From Eledone cirrhosa (taxonomy: Eukaryota): a stretch of DNA of 64,000 bases. Within the stretch, counting starts at the first letter, position 1; every line of letters starts with the position of its first letter. The notes beneath the pieces are model-generated. The model did no database searches, was not told the origin of the DNA, and saw only the letters and a program-made list of their open reading frames with translations. Shown piece by piece: positions 1 to 11,749 of this stretch. Both the position numbers and the translations under genes were made by a program. The stretch is from assembly GCA_964016885.1 (NCBI GenBank), contig OZ024743.1, positions 195,796,001 to 195,860,000 of the forward strand, read 5' to 3'.

Positions 1-719
1 ACATCTAGAATGAATTTTGCCCTAGAAATTGTTGCTCTCTTCTATTCTATAGATATTCACGTGATGTTTTACTTTTATTTAATAGAATTAATTCTGATTT
101 TTGTTTTCTCTTATTTCCACAGTCAGTTTTACACGGCGAGGAAATGACAGTTGAAACTTGTATATGTTTCTCACGGTTAATAGTTAGTTGAATTAGATTC
201 TATGGTGAGTACTAACCGGTTAGTGCAAATAGCTAGACTCAAGAATATCTTTCTACAATATAAATTATATTTCATGAGTCAAAATATCGTACAGTTATTT
301 GGGTAGGAGATGATACAATGTTGTAACATATATATATTTCTAAATGATATTTGAAATGCATAGGAAGTGAAATGTTTCAATTGTGAATAGAAATGGCTGA
401 CCAGACACGTCGCAATTTGGTATGTTGCCTCTTATTAACACGACTCCCCAGAATGTGAATGAATATTAGTTAAATGCCTATGTATAGTGGTTCGTTAATT
501 AACAGGATAAAAACACTTGTATAATTGAAGTAAAATGATTTCAATCTAGAATTGTAACCCGTGTCCTCGGCAGCACTTTCCAAAACAAAGTGTTGGTTTT
601 TGCTATCATTGATAGAAAGTCCCTGTATTTTCTGTGGGAATAAATAGGATACGGGACTGGCCTAACGACTTAGGCAAACTGAAGTAGAATTAAATGATGG
701 TTGAAACTATGGCACGTTT

Positions 720-785
720 CTTCTTCTTCTTCTTCTTCTTCTTCTTCTTCTTCTTCTTCTTCTTCTTCTTCTTCTTCTTCTTCTT

Positions 786-815
<30 letters not shown>
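720..815. repeat. (TTC)n microsatellite
   Basis: About 32 TTC units directly abutting the 5'-truncated Tx1-like LINE. Confidence 0.98.
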
Positions 816-816
<1 letters not shown>

Positions 817-2809
817 TGCGATACGTCATAGAGAGGGTAGGGTGTAAACCTGGCTTCGGTGGGGCACTGATCAATTTAGATCAATCGAAAGCATTCGATA
901 GTGTCGACCATCGGTATCTGGAGTTTGTCTTCAAAGCAGCTGGCTTCAGCCCTGTCTTAAGAAGCTGGAACGCGGCACACACACGGTGGACAAGGTTAAT
1001 GGCCACCTCTTGGAACCAATTCAGGTCACCCGATCGGTCCGTCAAGGGTGCCCTATCTCCTCCCTTCTGTACGTATTGACTCTCGAACCTTTACTGCGGA
1101 AGCTGGAGCTGTTGCAGGGCATCCCGCTCGAACCGGGACGTGGAAAGGCGGTGTCGGCTTATGCGGACGACATCACCGTGATGGTGTCTGACACCTCAGA
1201 AATCGAGGTGGTAGGCACCTTATTGAAGGAACATGAAAGGTTGACAGGAGCCAAACTTAACCCGGAAAAGTCAGTGGGCTTGCAGCTCGGAACGAGGAGA
1301 GGCAAGCCTATGCCGTCCAACAGCGTCGTGGGGCGCTGGACGGACGGACCGGTAAAGTTGTTCGGGGTTTGGTTCGGGCCAGACCTCCAGGTGGATAAGA
1401 ATTGGGACGAGGTAACGAGCAGAGTAGCCAGTCTCACCCAAAAATGGGCTGAGCGGAAGGTATCACTGAAAGGTCGCGCGGAGGTGGCGAATGCGTACAT
1501 CGCGTCCGTCATCTACTACCGCCTGTACGTCGTGCCTTGCCCCCGTGCGCGCCTCGTCAAGTTGGAACGGCTCCTCTTCAAATTCTTGTGGAAAGGACAA
1601 GTTCCGTTGGTGAGGCGGTCCATCTGCTGCCAGCACCCTCTACGCGGAGGGCTGGGCATGCTTTGGCTAATGATGCGCAGACATGGGCTGAGTCTGCGAC
1701 ATCTCCAGATATTCTGCCTAAATGGTGAACAGGTGTGATCGCCGTTTATCAGACGGGCGTTTCCGCAGCTCATTTCTTTGACTGAGCTGCAGTTCTGGGT
1801 CAAGAAGAGACCGAAGCTGGGTTACTGGCACCTGGAATGTTGCCAGGAACTCACTGTCCTCTACCAAGAGGGCAATGCGACCAGTGAAATTTCCACTCTC
1901 GAGTTCTATAGAGGATTAGTGGTGGGCAAGTGCGATGACGCACTCAGAGAAGCTTTGGGCCTCGACGAAGTCAAACTGATCAGCCTGTACCGGAGTACTT
2001 TCGATCCGGGGACGATGGACAATTTCCAGAAATCCCTTGCTTGGCAGTGCTATCGGAGGGCACTGCCGGTTCGGGATAAACTCTACAGGCACGGAAGTGC
2101 TGTCAGACGGACCTGCCCAAGATGCGCACAGAGCGACGAAACCGTTCTGCACGCACTTCTCCAATGTCCGTGCATTACTGACTTGTGGAGTTATGTCGAA
2201 CAGTTACTGTCGCGTGTGGAAAGAATCCGGCTATCGGCCGAGTCCATAGTGAATATCGACTCGCCACCTTCCTTACGTTAGGAAGAGCAGGCAATTTTCC
2301 TCTGTCTGGTGGCCGTTGTGAAAGAGGTTATATGGTGGACCAGGTTGAAAGGACTGAAGACAGACACTTTTCTCTTCGGCCAATCCCTCATCAACTTCTT
2401 CAAGTTTCATCTGGAAAGGAAGGTGAGGGTGGAGAGAGAAGTGCTGCCCCCCCCCCCAGTACATTTGCTAAAAAGTGGATGAATGTGGCGAGAATGGCCC
2501 GTGTGAATGGGCCTACTCTGAACATGCGCCTATAGGCTAGCTAACTTGAGGACAAGGGTGCTCTCCTTGGGTACCCTAGAAGCGCAGGGTTGTTCAGGAT
2601 TGGTGGGGTACTAGAGTCACCCATGGGTCGTCCACCCCCTATAGGGGAATTTATTTTGTTATATTTATGCATAGTTTATTTTATATTTTTATATCTTCAT
2701 TGTTAAATTAGTCTTGCCATTGTGCACTTTTACTCGACCTTATTGTAAACCCCCACTGTCCCTGTCTTTGTATTGTCCCCTACATGTCGGCCCTTGTGGG
2801 TAATAAATG
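816..2809 (+). mobile_element. Tx1/L1-clade LINE, 5'-truncated copy (RT to 3' end), degenerate
   Basis: Broken ORFs give LINLDQSKAFDSVDH, RSVRQGCPISSLLY, AYADDIT, HPLRGGLGM and the C-terminal CPRC..ETVLHALLQC zinc motif, ending at the stop at 2535. A 3' UTR with AATAAA follows, then an (ATT)n tail from 2810. Confidence 0.93.
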
Positions 2810-2817
2810 AAATCATT

Positions 2818-2848
<31 letters not shown>

Positions 2849-2860
2849 TTGTTATTGTTA
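2810..2860. repeat. (ATT)n tract: tail/target shared by the Tx1 and R4/Dong elements
   Basis: Imperfect ATT repeat between two convergent LINE 3' ends. Confidence 0.9.
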
Positions 2861-5800
2861 TTCCTTGAATCTCAGTCATTGATGTTGGTTAACTGGAAAG
2901 TCCGTTGGATTGAATATCAAGCCACTACCTGCAGCCTCAGATATTCAGGACGTATCGGAGGGTTCTTGCTGTTCCAAGCAAGCATGCCTTTTGAAGCGTT
3001 CCAAAAAGCGTGAAGGGGCCGATTTTCTTTAACCATCCCTGGAAACCTTTGGAGATAGTCCCCAGTGCGCCTATGACAATCGGGATCACTTTGACTTCAT
3101 GGCAGTTCCAAATCCTTTTCACCTCCCACTTTAGGTCCTGGTATCGGTTAATTTTCTCCCTCTCCTTCTCTTGCACTCTCGTGTCGAACGGGCAGGCCAC
3201 ATCCACAATCAGGCACGATCTTTTTTCTTTGTCCACAACCACCAGGTCAGGTCTATTGTGTTCCAGTTTTTTGTCCGTCTGTATCCTAAAATCCCACAGC
3301 ACCTTCACCTGACTGTTCTCCATCACCGCCTCTGGCCTATGCTCATACCATTTCTCAGAATGTGGTAGATTGTTTACTTTGCACAGGTGCCAGTGGATCA
3401 CCCTGCCCATCACATCGTGTCTCCAGCCCTTATAGTGGGTCTGGGCTAGGTGTTTACACTTGGACACAATGTGAGCCACAGTCTCCTCTCTCTCTCCACA
3501 GATCCTGCACAGTGGGCTAGCCTCCTCCTTGTAGATATGGTGCTTCAACCACTTCGTTTTGAGGGCCTGCTCCTGCGCAGCCATTAGCATTCCTTCTGTA
3601 GCCTTTTTGAGGTCTCCTCTTCTCAACCAGTTCCATGTCTGTGGATCTCTAAATTCAGTTTTCTCAAAGCAGGTACTATGAAGGGATTTTCCCTTAAGGC
3701 TGCTCTTCCTCCTTGATGTTATTTCGTCCTTGGATATCCCCTGGCCTACTGTCCCCTCCTTCAGTACAGCTCTGAGCATTGGCTCCTTACTATAGGTCAC
3801 ATATTTGTATAGGTTGTTTTTCTCCATCTGAACACAGTCCTCTATGCTGATAAGACCTCTTCCACCCTCAGATCTCCTTAGGTAGAGTCTATCGACATCA
3901 CTCCTCTTGTGGAACATGTTGTAGATAGTCAATAGCTTCCTAGTCTTCCTATCCATTTCTTTTTGTTCAGCAACATTCCATCTCAGAATTCCCGCACTGT
4001 ACCTAATAATAGACACAGCTCGGGAATTTACTGCGCTTATGGCATTTCTGCTGTTCAGATGTGACTTCAATACGCTCCTTACTCTCCGAATGTATTCAGT
4101 TCTTAACAATTCCTTCATTTTTTTGTTCTTTATGCCATCAGCCTCCAGAACGCCCAAATACTTGTATCCTTCCTCAGAGTCAATTTCCTTTATCATCTCA
4201 CCTGTTGGTATCTGGATCCCGTTACTTCTGCTCAACCTACCCCTCTTCATCACAATGACTCCACATTTACCAATACCAAACTGCATACATATATCACTGC
4301 TGAAAATACGGACAGTGTCAACAAGCACATCCAACTCCTTCTCACTTTTCCCGAAGAGCTTAAGATCGTCCATGAAGAGGAGGTGATTGATGGTAAGCTC
4401 TCCCCTTCCCAACTTGTATCCTGCTCTCACTTTTCGCAGCATAATGGTCAAGGGCATCAGGGCAAGGACAAACAACAGAGGGGACAGGCTATCTCCCTGG
4501 AAGATACCTCTCTTGATCTTCACGCTTCCCAAGGATACTCCAGTTGATGTCAACTCTGTCTCCCAGGACCCCATACTCCTGCCCAGCAACTGTCTGATGT
4601 TATCTGCCACCCTGAAGATCTCCAGGCTTTTGGTGATCCAGGAATGAGGCACCATGTCAAATGCCTTTCTGTAGTCTATCCATCCCATGGCAAGATCAGT
4701 GTGTCTCCTCCTGCAATTCCCCATTACCATCTTATCAATAAGCAACTGGTCCTTTGTACCACGTGACTTCTTTCGGCATCCTTTCTGTTCGTCCGGTAAC
4801 AAGTTGTTTGTGTGGAGGTGATGGTAGATTTCCTCAGACACAATGCTCGTCAACAGTTTCCACATTACGGGCAGACATGTGATAGGTCTATAGTTGGTAA
4901 CATCATTACTCTTGATTCGGTCTTTCATTATCAGAACTGTGGTACCTTTTGTCAACCACTCTGGCACCTCACCCGACACCAAGCAGTCATTGAACATGGC
5001 CGTCAGCTTCGGGTGGAGGGATGTTAAATGTTTAATCCAATACCCCTGCACACCATCTGGGCCTGGTGATTTCCAGTTGGTTAGTTTTTTGGCTTGCCCC
5101 TTAAGAGTTTCAACTGTGATACTCAAATCAGTCTGTTGTTGTGCCTGCTCACCGATCTCCCTCTGTACTGTCTCAATCCACCCTGCCTGGGCATTGTGTC
5201 TAACATCCTGCTCCCATATTCCTCTCCAGAATGTTTTAGCTTGTTCCGCCCCAGGGATCAAGTCGTTGCCTCTTTCTTTCCCCTCAAGCTGTCCAAACAG
5301 CATCTTCTGGTTGTTGTCGAACATGCGGTTCTGTTTATACTGACTGACTCTGTTCTCGTATCGCCTGATTTTGGCACTCTTTGCTACAATGCGTTGCTTC
5401 AATTCCTCTATGATAATATTTAGCTTTTTACTCCTAGTTTTGTATTTTATTTCCAGTCTATTTTTAGTGCCTATGTTTTTTAGTGTCCCATTCAGTAGTG
5501 ACTCAAGCTTTCCTATGTCATTTCTCATTTCCCTGATTTGCCCACTCAGTCGCTTCTTCCACCACGGCTCTGCTCTTTCTTGTCTGTTGTTTCCTCTCGC
5601 TTTTATACCAAGTAGTTTCCTCACCGTATTTGCTGTTGCTTTGAGGATATTGTTGCACTGGTGAAGACTCCTCGCCTCAAGGTATGGGATGACTTTGTTT
5701 ACCTTAGCTGTTGTTTCTTTTAACTTTTTCCTGTCTACAAATCTTAGGTTCATAGGTCTCCCACTATCATTGTTCAACTCATCTACCACTAAATTTAGGA

Positions 5801-5801
<1 letters not shown>
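2861..5801 (-). mobile_element. R4/Dong-clade non-LTR retrotransposon, 5'-truncated, flanked by (TAA)n on both sides
   Basis: Single RT-CCHC-RLE ORF, about 75-nt 3' UTR, TAA repeats at both junctions. Dong-type elements are known to target TAA repeats. Confidence 0.9.
2937..5789 (-). CDS. Reverse transcriptase with CCHC zinc finger and restriction-like endonuclease (N-terminally truncated, frame intact)
   Basis: 950 aa with no stops. Motifs: KSPGPDG, NYRPITCLP, WIDYRKAFD, GIFQGDSLSPLLF, HLLFMDDLKLF, CRICGEREETVAHIVSKC, RHD, NRPDLVVVD..IVDVACP..EKINRY. Confidence 0.95.
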   Translation of the reverse strand: MVDELNNDSGRPMNLRFVDRKKLKETTAKVNKVIPYLEARSLHQCNNILKATANTVRKLLGIKARGNNRQERAEPWWKKRLSGQIREMRNDIGKLESLLNGTLKNIGTKNRLEIKYKTRSKKLNIIIEELKQRIVAKSAKIRRYENRVSQYKQNRMFDNNQKMLFGQLEGKERGNDLIPGAEQAKTFWRGIWEQDVRHNAQAGWIETVQREIGEQAQQQTDLSITVETLKGQAKKLTNWKSPGPDGVQGYWIKHLTSLHPKLTAMFNDCLVSGEVPEWLTKGTTVLIMKDRIKSNDVTNYRPITCLPVMWKLLTSIVSEEIYHHLHTNNLLPDEQKGCRKKSRGTKDQLLIDKMVMGNCRRRHTDLAMGWIDYRKAFDMVPHSWITKSLEIFRVADNIRQLLGRSMGSWETELTSTGVSLGSVKIKRGIFQGDSLSPLLFVLALMPLTIMLRKVRAGYKLGRGELTINHLLFMDDLKLFGKSEKELDVLVDTVRIFSSDICMQFGIGKCGVIVMKRGRLSRSNGIQIPTGEMIKEIDSEEGYKYLGVLEADGIKNKKMKELLRTEYIRRVRSVLKSHLNSRNAISAVNSRAVSIIRYSAGILRWNVAEQKEMDRKTRKLLTIYNMFHKRSDVDRLYLRRSEGGRGLISIEDCVQMEKNNLYKYVTYSKEPMLRAVLKEGTVGQGISKDEITSRRKSSLKGKSLHSTCFEKTEFRDPQTWNWLRRGDLKKATEGMLMAAQEQALKTKWLKHHIYKEEASPLCRICGEREETVAHIVSKCKHLAQTHYKGWRHDVMGRVIHWHLCKVNNLPHSEKWYEHRPEAVMENSQVKVLWDFRIQTDKKLEHNRPDLVVVDKEKRSCLIVDVACPFDTRVQEKEREKINRYQDLKWEVKRIWNCHEVKVIPIVIGALGTISKGFQGWLKKIGPFTLFGTLQKACLLGTARTLRYVLNI

Positions 5802-5851
<50 letters not shown>
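5802..5851. repeat. (ATT)n microsatellite
   Basis: ATT run between the Dong 5' truncation point and the 5' end of the Tx1 copy. Confidence 0.95.
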
Positions 5852-5852
<1 letters not shown>

Positions 5853-6191
5853 GGTCTAAGCGGACGTATTTTGCTCGCTCCCAGTAAGTCGCTTTATTTG
5901 CCTGTTAAAATTATTTGTTGTGAAATATTTCTTGTTGTGTAAGGGATATAAGCCCTTAGACTTTGCCCTGTGAAGGGGAAAGTATAATATTTGGGTCATT
6001 TGGCCCAAATATTTGTATTTTTTTTACATGTTAAAACATTTACGGAGAAAAAAAAAACATGGCTGAGCCACGCCCCACGATATGTCTGCTGTCGTGCAAC
6101 AACGACGTGGAAGTTGAGAGGAGCGCTAGAGCGAAATTGACACAAATTGATAACACAAACACCACCACAAACAATGTAAACAAAGACACCA

Positions 6192-8016
6192 ATGATACCA
6201 ATGAGAACTCTAATTTTGAAAAAAATGACAGTAACAGCGACAACGAAAATACAGATAACAAAAAAAAAATACAACAACAATATCAACACCACTAACATGA
6301 AAACAAATAGCGACAACACCAACAGCAACAATACTAACTGCACCGAGAACAACGGTGGCCACAAAGACAATAATGTTAACAGCGACAGTGCTAACAACAA
6401 CACCAACAAGAACAACGTCAACGACCACAACACCCCCAACGAAAACAAAAAGAACACTTTCGCTGCGGCAGCAGCAAAAAAGAGGCCTTGCTTCAACATG
6501 GACCTCTCAAACAAAGATGAAAAGTTGGTCCTGGCATGGAAACTCATCAAGCAAGATCAAACCTGGGCCAAATTAACTGTCCCGGTAGAAGCTATTGAGG
6601 CAGTGGAGCGCAGAACGGTGCATTATAGATGCATCTCAGCACAAACCAAAAGTGCAGCTTTAATCCCACAAGAAGATGTCGAAGTCGCGCTGAGATGCAT
6701 CAGAGAAGACACCAAATACATAGAGAGGGGCAGACAGTACGGCACCATTTCGGTGTTCAAGTCAGAAGCCCTCGCTATGAAACACGCTATGACCCCTTGC
6801 AAAACCAGCAAGGTCATAATGTACCCCTCCCACATGGGAAAAAGAACGGCCCGTCTCCGCATTCCCAGAATCCCACCAGTGGCTTCTGGGATGTGTGATT
6901 GTGGAGGGGACGGATACCGTCCCTATAGAAGTGACCAGAACCGCCAGAGAGGATTGGTCCGGGGTTGACTTGGAGATCCTTCTCCAGATAAGGCCCGAGA
7001 ATGTGAAGACAATCCCGGACCATATCCGCTTTCAGAATGGGACGGTCATTCACATTATGACCGAAGGCAAAAGGCCGCAGTGTTTTGTTTCTGGGGGAAA
7101 AACCCATTTGCGAGCCTTCTGCCCTCAACTGCTGAAAGAGGCAAGGGTTCGAAAGGCTCCACTGCTGCCGATGCCGGAGTGAGGACCACAACCAACACCA
7201 GCACCGGCAAAACCACCAACAACAACACCAATAGAAAGACCACCACCAACATTGACCACCCAGGGGAGAAACGAGGAAAGCTCTCAAATTCTCCCTCCCC
7301 CCCAAAATACACACACCAATACAACCATAAACATACATACAGACACACTTACAGACACAGACCCCTCATCTACCAGTAGTGAAGATGAGGGAAAACCAAA
7401 ATCCCCCAAAACACAAAAAAGGAAACACAAAAAAAACAAAAAAAATCAACAGAACACAAAATCACACACAATAAAAGACGCAGACACCACCCACGCAAAC
7501 ATCTCTCCAATAACACCAACATCAACACCACCATCACCATCACCAGAATCCCCCAAACGCAAACAACCTAAACAGACGCAAGAACAAATATACACACAAA
7601 CATCTGAAACCACAGACACCGCACTCACAACAAACACAGATACAACCGAAACAACATCACCAAAACCATCACCACCACAGCGACGCAAACAAATAAAATC
7701 ACACCAACAAAACATACAAAACTTTGTGCTCGTCAGGATGGCCAACACGGAACTGATAGCCCTCGTAGCACGAAGTGAAAATATACAAAAAGAGGGGGAA
7801 ATTTTAAAATCGAGCACATTTCGCGTGCCGGAAGATTTGGTTCTGGTGCGAATGTCGCTCGATATATTCAAAGAAATACGAGACAGCTTTGCTCGAGACG
7901 TGGGAACTCCGAACGTAAAACCCACTTCAAAACTTTTAAAGGGGTTCCCAAAAGAAACCCCACCGAGTATGGGGGTCGAACAACTCGACCTTCACAAGAG
8001 CCCGGAAGGTAAGTGA
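6192..8016 (+). pseudogene. Tx1-type ORF1 (gag-like), frameshifted
   Basis: Asn/Thr-rich N-terminus, TFAAAAAKK, RRM-like ERGRQYGTISVF, mutated zinc knuckle CFVSGGKTHLRAFC and Pro/Thr/Lys-rich tail, spread over three frames. Exact start uncertain. Confidence 0.8.
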
Positions 8017-8047
8017 ACCTTCCTCTCTCTCTTTTTAAGCTGCCAAT

Positions 8048-10146
8048 ATGGTCGTATTATGAGTAGGATGTTTAAATGTTCGAGGCCTGGGATCGTCCTG
8101 GAAGCAGGGTCACCTGCTCAACGACCTCAGGTCTATAGAAATGGATGTAATTGCCGTCAGCGAGACCAGGATTTCCGATACGCGCGCTCTAGCCCCCATT
8201 TTCGACGACTATCAGACCTTTGCATCTGTTAGCCGGCCGGGAATGAGAGGCGGGGTGGCAGTGCTGTTTAGGAAAGGCCTGGATCTCGAGGTAAGGTCGA
8301 TCTTCCGGGATGCGGGCAGGAAGTTGGTGGTCCTGGACGTGAACAATAACGAAGGTGGTGCTTTTAGACTGGTGGCCGTCTATGCTTTAACTGGGGCAGG
8401 GCGGCCGGAATTCTTTAGACACCTGGAAGCCTTTCTGGGAACGTCTCGCTTTTTACTGTTAGTGGGGGACTGGAACGGCATCTTAGACGCAGGCTGGGAC
8501 TGTGTGGGAGTATCCGATAGGAGCGGGGGGTGAAAAAGCCTCTAGAACCTGATCAGCCAGTTCCAACTGTCTGACAGGTACCGACTAGATTTCCCTAATG
8601 CGCCAGTGTGGACCTGGGCTAACCGCATAGTGTCATCTAGATCGTATATAGACAGGATATTCATTAGGAAAATAGACAGAAATAGTGTAAGCTGTCCACG
8701 TTTCGAAACGGTCGCCTATTCAGATCACAAGTTTATGATCTGTATGGTCGACCTAGATAAGGCGCGTAGGTTAGGACCTGGTTACTGGAAGCTAAACATG
8801 TCATTTCCGGCACGTATTGCTTACAGGGACCGGGTCAACAATTTAGTTAAGAAAAAGTTGACAGGGGGAGTCGTCAACAATAGATGGTGGGGGGCTCTCA
8901 AAAGAGAGATTAGAGTAATGTCGATAGAGTTTAGCAAAGAAGTAGCGTTAGAGAAAAATAGAAAGGAGGGGGAGTTTGTAGATCAGTTAGACGAGGCTAT
9001 TGGTAGTGGCATTGCAACTGATGTGCTAGCGGCGAGAATGGCATTAGACCATTTCTTCAATGCGAAACACGAAGGTTGCATTGTCAGAGCTAAGGTGCGT
9101 GCTCTGAGAAACGAGGGAACCAAAGCTGTTAGATGGGCCCGCGTGGCAGAGGCGCAGCCTGGTAATAAAACCACGATTCTGTCTTTGATGGACCGAGACG
9201 GGCACGAGCTGAGCGATTCCAAGAGGATGTGTGAGGCCTTTCGCCAACATTTTACTCGGTTGTTCGGGGGAAGTGGCGGGTCAGAGATGGTGGCAGACTT
9301 CAGTCCCTACCTCGATGGCTTGCCGCAACTCTCGACGGCTGACGCTGGGCGCTGCGAAAGGCGAATTACTTCAGCCGAGATAAAGGATGACCTTGTCGGC
9401 TGCATGAGGCGCAAGTCACCCGGTTTGGATGGTCTGCCCTACGAGCTTTACGTAAATATGCCAGACTTGTTCTCCAATCTCCTCGAAGCCCTCTACTGCA
9501 ACTGGCAGCAAAAGGCTGGTATTCCCAGATCTGTGATCCGGGGCGTAGTGACGCTGATAAGGAAAGACGAGAACAAGAGGGACACATTAGACAATTTCAG
9601 GCCCATAACTCTGCTCAACACAGAGTTTAAGATTTTGGCCAGGGTGGTAGCGAAGAGGTTGGCGCTTGTCGTCGGGGATTTGGTTGGGGAGGCGCAAACT
9701 TGCGCAATCCCAACTAGGTCCATACACGACAACCTCCACCTAATGCGATACATCATAGAGAGGGTAGGGTGTAAACCTGGCTTCGGAGGGGGTCTGATCA
9801 ATTTAGATCAATCGAAAGTATTCGATAGGGTCGACCATCGGTATCTGGAGGCTGTCCTCAAGGCGGCTGGCTTCGGCCCCGTCTTCAGAAGCTGGATCGC
9901 TGCAATGCACAGCTGCACCTGCTCGATGGTCAAAATTAATGGCCACCTCTCGAAACCGTTTCAGGTCACCCGATCGGTCCGTCAAGGGTGCCCTATCTCC
10001 TCCCTTCTGTACGTATTGACTCTCGAGCCTTTACTGCGGAAGCTGGAGCTATTGCAGGGCATCCCGCTCGAACCGGGACGCGGAAAGGCTGTGTCGACTT
10101 ATGCGGACGACATCACCGTGATGGTGTCGGACACCTCAGAAATCGC
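8048..10146 (+). pseudogene. Tx1-type ORF2: APE endonuclease plus RT, three in-frame stops, 3'-truncated
   Basis: One frame from the ATG at 8048: CLNVRGL, VIAVSETR, GGVAVLF, VGDWNG, SYIDRIF, SDH, WKLN, KSPGLDGLP, NFRPITLLN, QGCPIS, YADD. Confidence 0.92.
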
Positions 10147-10162
10147 CCCCCCCCCCCCCCCC

Positions 10163-11407
10163 AACAAGTTTGCTGTCGTGTGACAACGGCGTAAAAGTTG
10201 AGAGGAGGGCCACAGATATTCATACAACAAACACCTCCACATACAACGTGAACAAAGACAACACCGAGAACACTAATTTTTTAAAAAATTACCACACCAA
10301 CTTCCACAATAACAGCGACAACCCAAATACAGACAACAGAAAAAAATGGCAACACTGAAAATATAAGTAATAGCAATGGCAATTATTTAGATTTGTCACA
10401 TACAGACATGGATTTCCCGCCATTACCAATGTCTACAGGTGTTAAAGCCGCCATCCCCACCACCACAATGTCAAAAAGATCAACCAACACCACTGATACA
10501 ACGACCACCATCACAGCAACAATTGAAACAAAAAATAAATTATTTTCGCGTGATATCGAAATGGATTCTCCGAAAATCGACTCTTCCACGCCGATCGCCA
10601 CTGACACCACCACCACCACAACTGAAACTAAAAATGATAATAACAAAAATAACAATAACAACAACAGCAACAATAAGAATAACAACAACAACATCAACAC
10701 CAGCGCAAAACAAAATGTGTTGTTTGCTAAAGCGGCAAACAAAAATGAAACGCTTGAGGTAAGGCAGGAAGAATTGAAGGAAGCCAAGCGAATGGTAAAA
10801 AAATATGGTTACAGGGTCAGCCTCACCCCCCCCCCCCCCATTTTATACCATGGAGCATCGGCGCCTATGCACCGTGTCATATCGGACGATTAATATTAAA
10901 ACGCACCGAGTGGAATACATCCGAGTCCCAGATAGAAAAGTTTTGGGACATGTGTGGGCTCAAAAAACCAACATCAGGCGTGGGCAAGAATATGGAACCG
11001 TGGACGTGTTCTTTGGAACTCCACAGGAAGCCAGAGAGCATTCCATGGCCCCATTAAAAAGTGACGAGTTCACACTCGTCACAAGTTATTGTGGTCAGAG
11101 GCTGGTAAGAATCAGGGTGACCCAGGTTCCACCGGCCATTGAAATTCCCTGGCTAATGGCTGCCATCCTCGCTGACATCGAGGCTGACACTAAAGTAATC
11201 GGGGTGATAAAAGTAAAGGAGGAAAACTGGTCCGGAACCGGGATGGAGCTCCTGATCCAAGCGGACCAAAAAAACATAAAGGAAATTCCAGAGGTGATAG
11301 ACCTCAATGACGGCAGCCACCTCACCGTAATCGTTGAGGGTAGAATGGCTAGTTGTGTCGTTTGTGGCGAAGGAACCCAACTAAAGGCTTTTCTGCTCTC
11401 AGGCTAA
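10163..11407 (+). mobile_element. Fragment of a second Tx1 subfamily (5' region and frameshifted ORF1)
   Basis: 10169-10330 resembles 6086-6270. The protein has IRRGQEYGTVDVFF, VRIRVTQVPP, EENWSGTGMELLIQ and a decayed knuckle CVVCGEGT, homologous to ORF1 at 6192-7180. Confidence 0.8.
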
Positions 11408-11417
11408 AAAGTTGAAA

Positions 11418-11701
11418 TAATGTACCAGTCACGCACTGGGCTCGATTTAATCGACTTTCCCCAACCCCAAAATGGCTGGCCTTGTGCCTATATATGAAAC
11501 CATTATTATTATTATTATTATTTGGATTGGCAGTATCGGTAGAGGGTCGGACGCCATGCTTTCCAGCATAGTTACGTCCCTTTACGATCTGAGTTCAAAT
11601 CCCGCCGAGGTTGACTTTGCCTTTCATCCTTACGGGGTCGATAAAATAAAGTACCAGTAATGCACTGGGTAATTGCTGGCCTTGTGCCTAAAGTAGAAAC
11701 A

Positions 11702-11705
<4 letters not shown>
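11418..11705 (+). mobile_element. Two tandem tRNA-derived SINE pieces (a 3' fragment, then a near-full copy) with (ATT)n tails
   Basis: A box TGGCAGTATCGG, B box GAGTTCAAATC, central GCCTTTCATCCTTACGGGGTCGATAAAATAAAGTACCAG, tail GGCCTTGTGCCTAAAGTAGAAAC-(ATT)n. Confidence 0.88.

Positions 11706-11749
<44 letters not shown>

Larger units (their letters stand above)
5852..10146 (+). mobile_element. Tx1/L1-clade LINE: 5' UTR, ORF1 and ORF2 truncated just after YADD
   Basis: Begins directly after (ATT)n. Two-ORF layout. 9743-10146 closely matches 816-1206. Confidence 0.92.

Noticed and set aside
8048-8606. In-frame TGA codons in Tx1 ORF2 read as recoding
   Set aside because: A TAG lies in the same frame and the element is otherwise decayed. 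Ordinary nonsense mutation is sufficient.
11523-11610. tRNA gene (A and B boxes)
   Set aside because: No cloverleaf. The boxes are followed by a SINE core and tail, and sister copies have TSDs.
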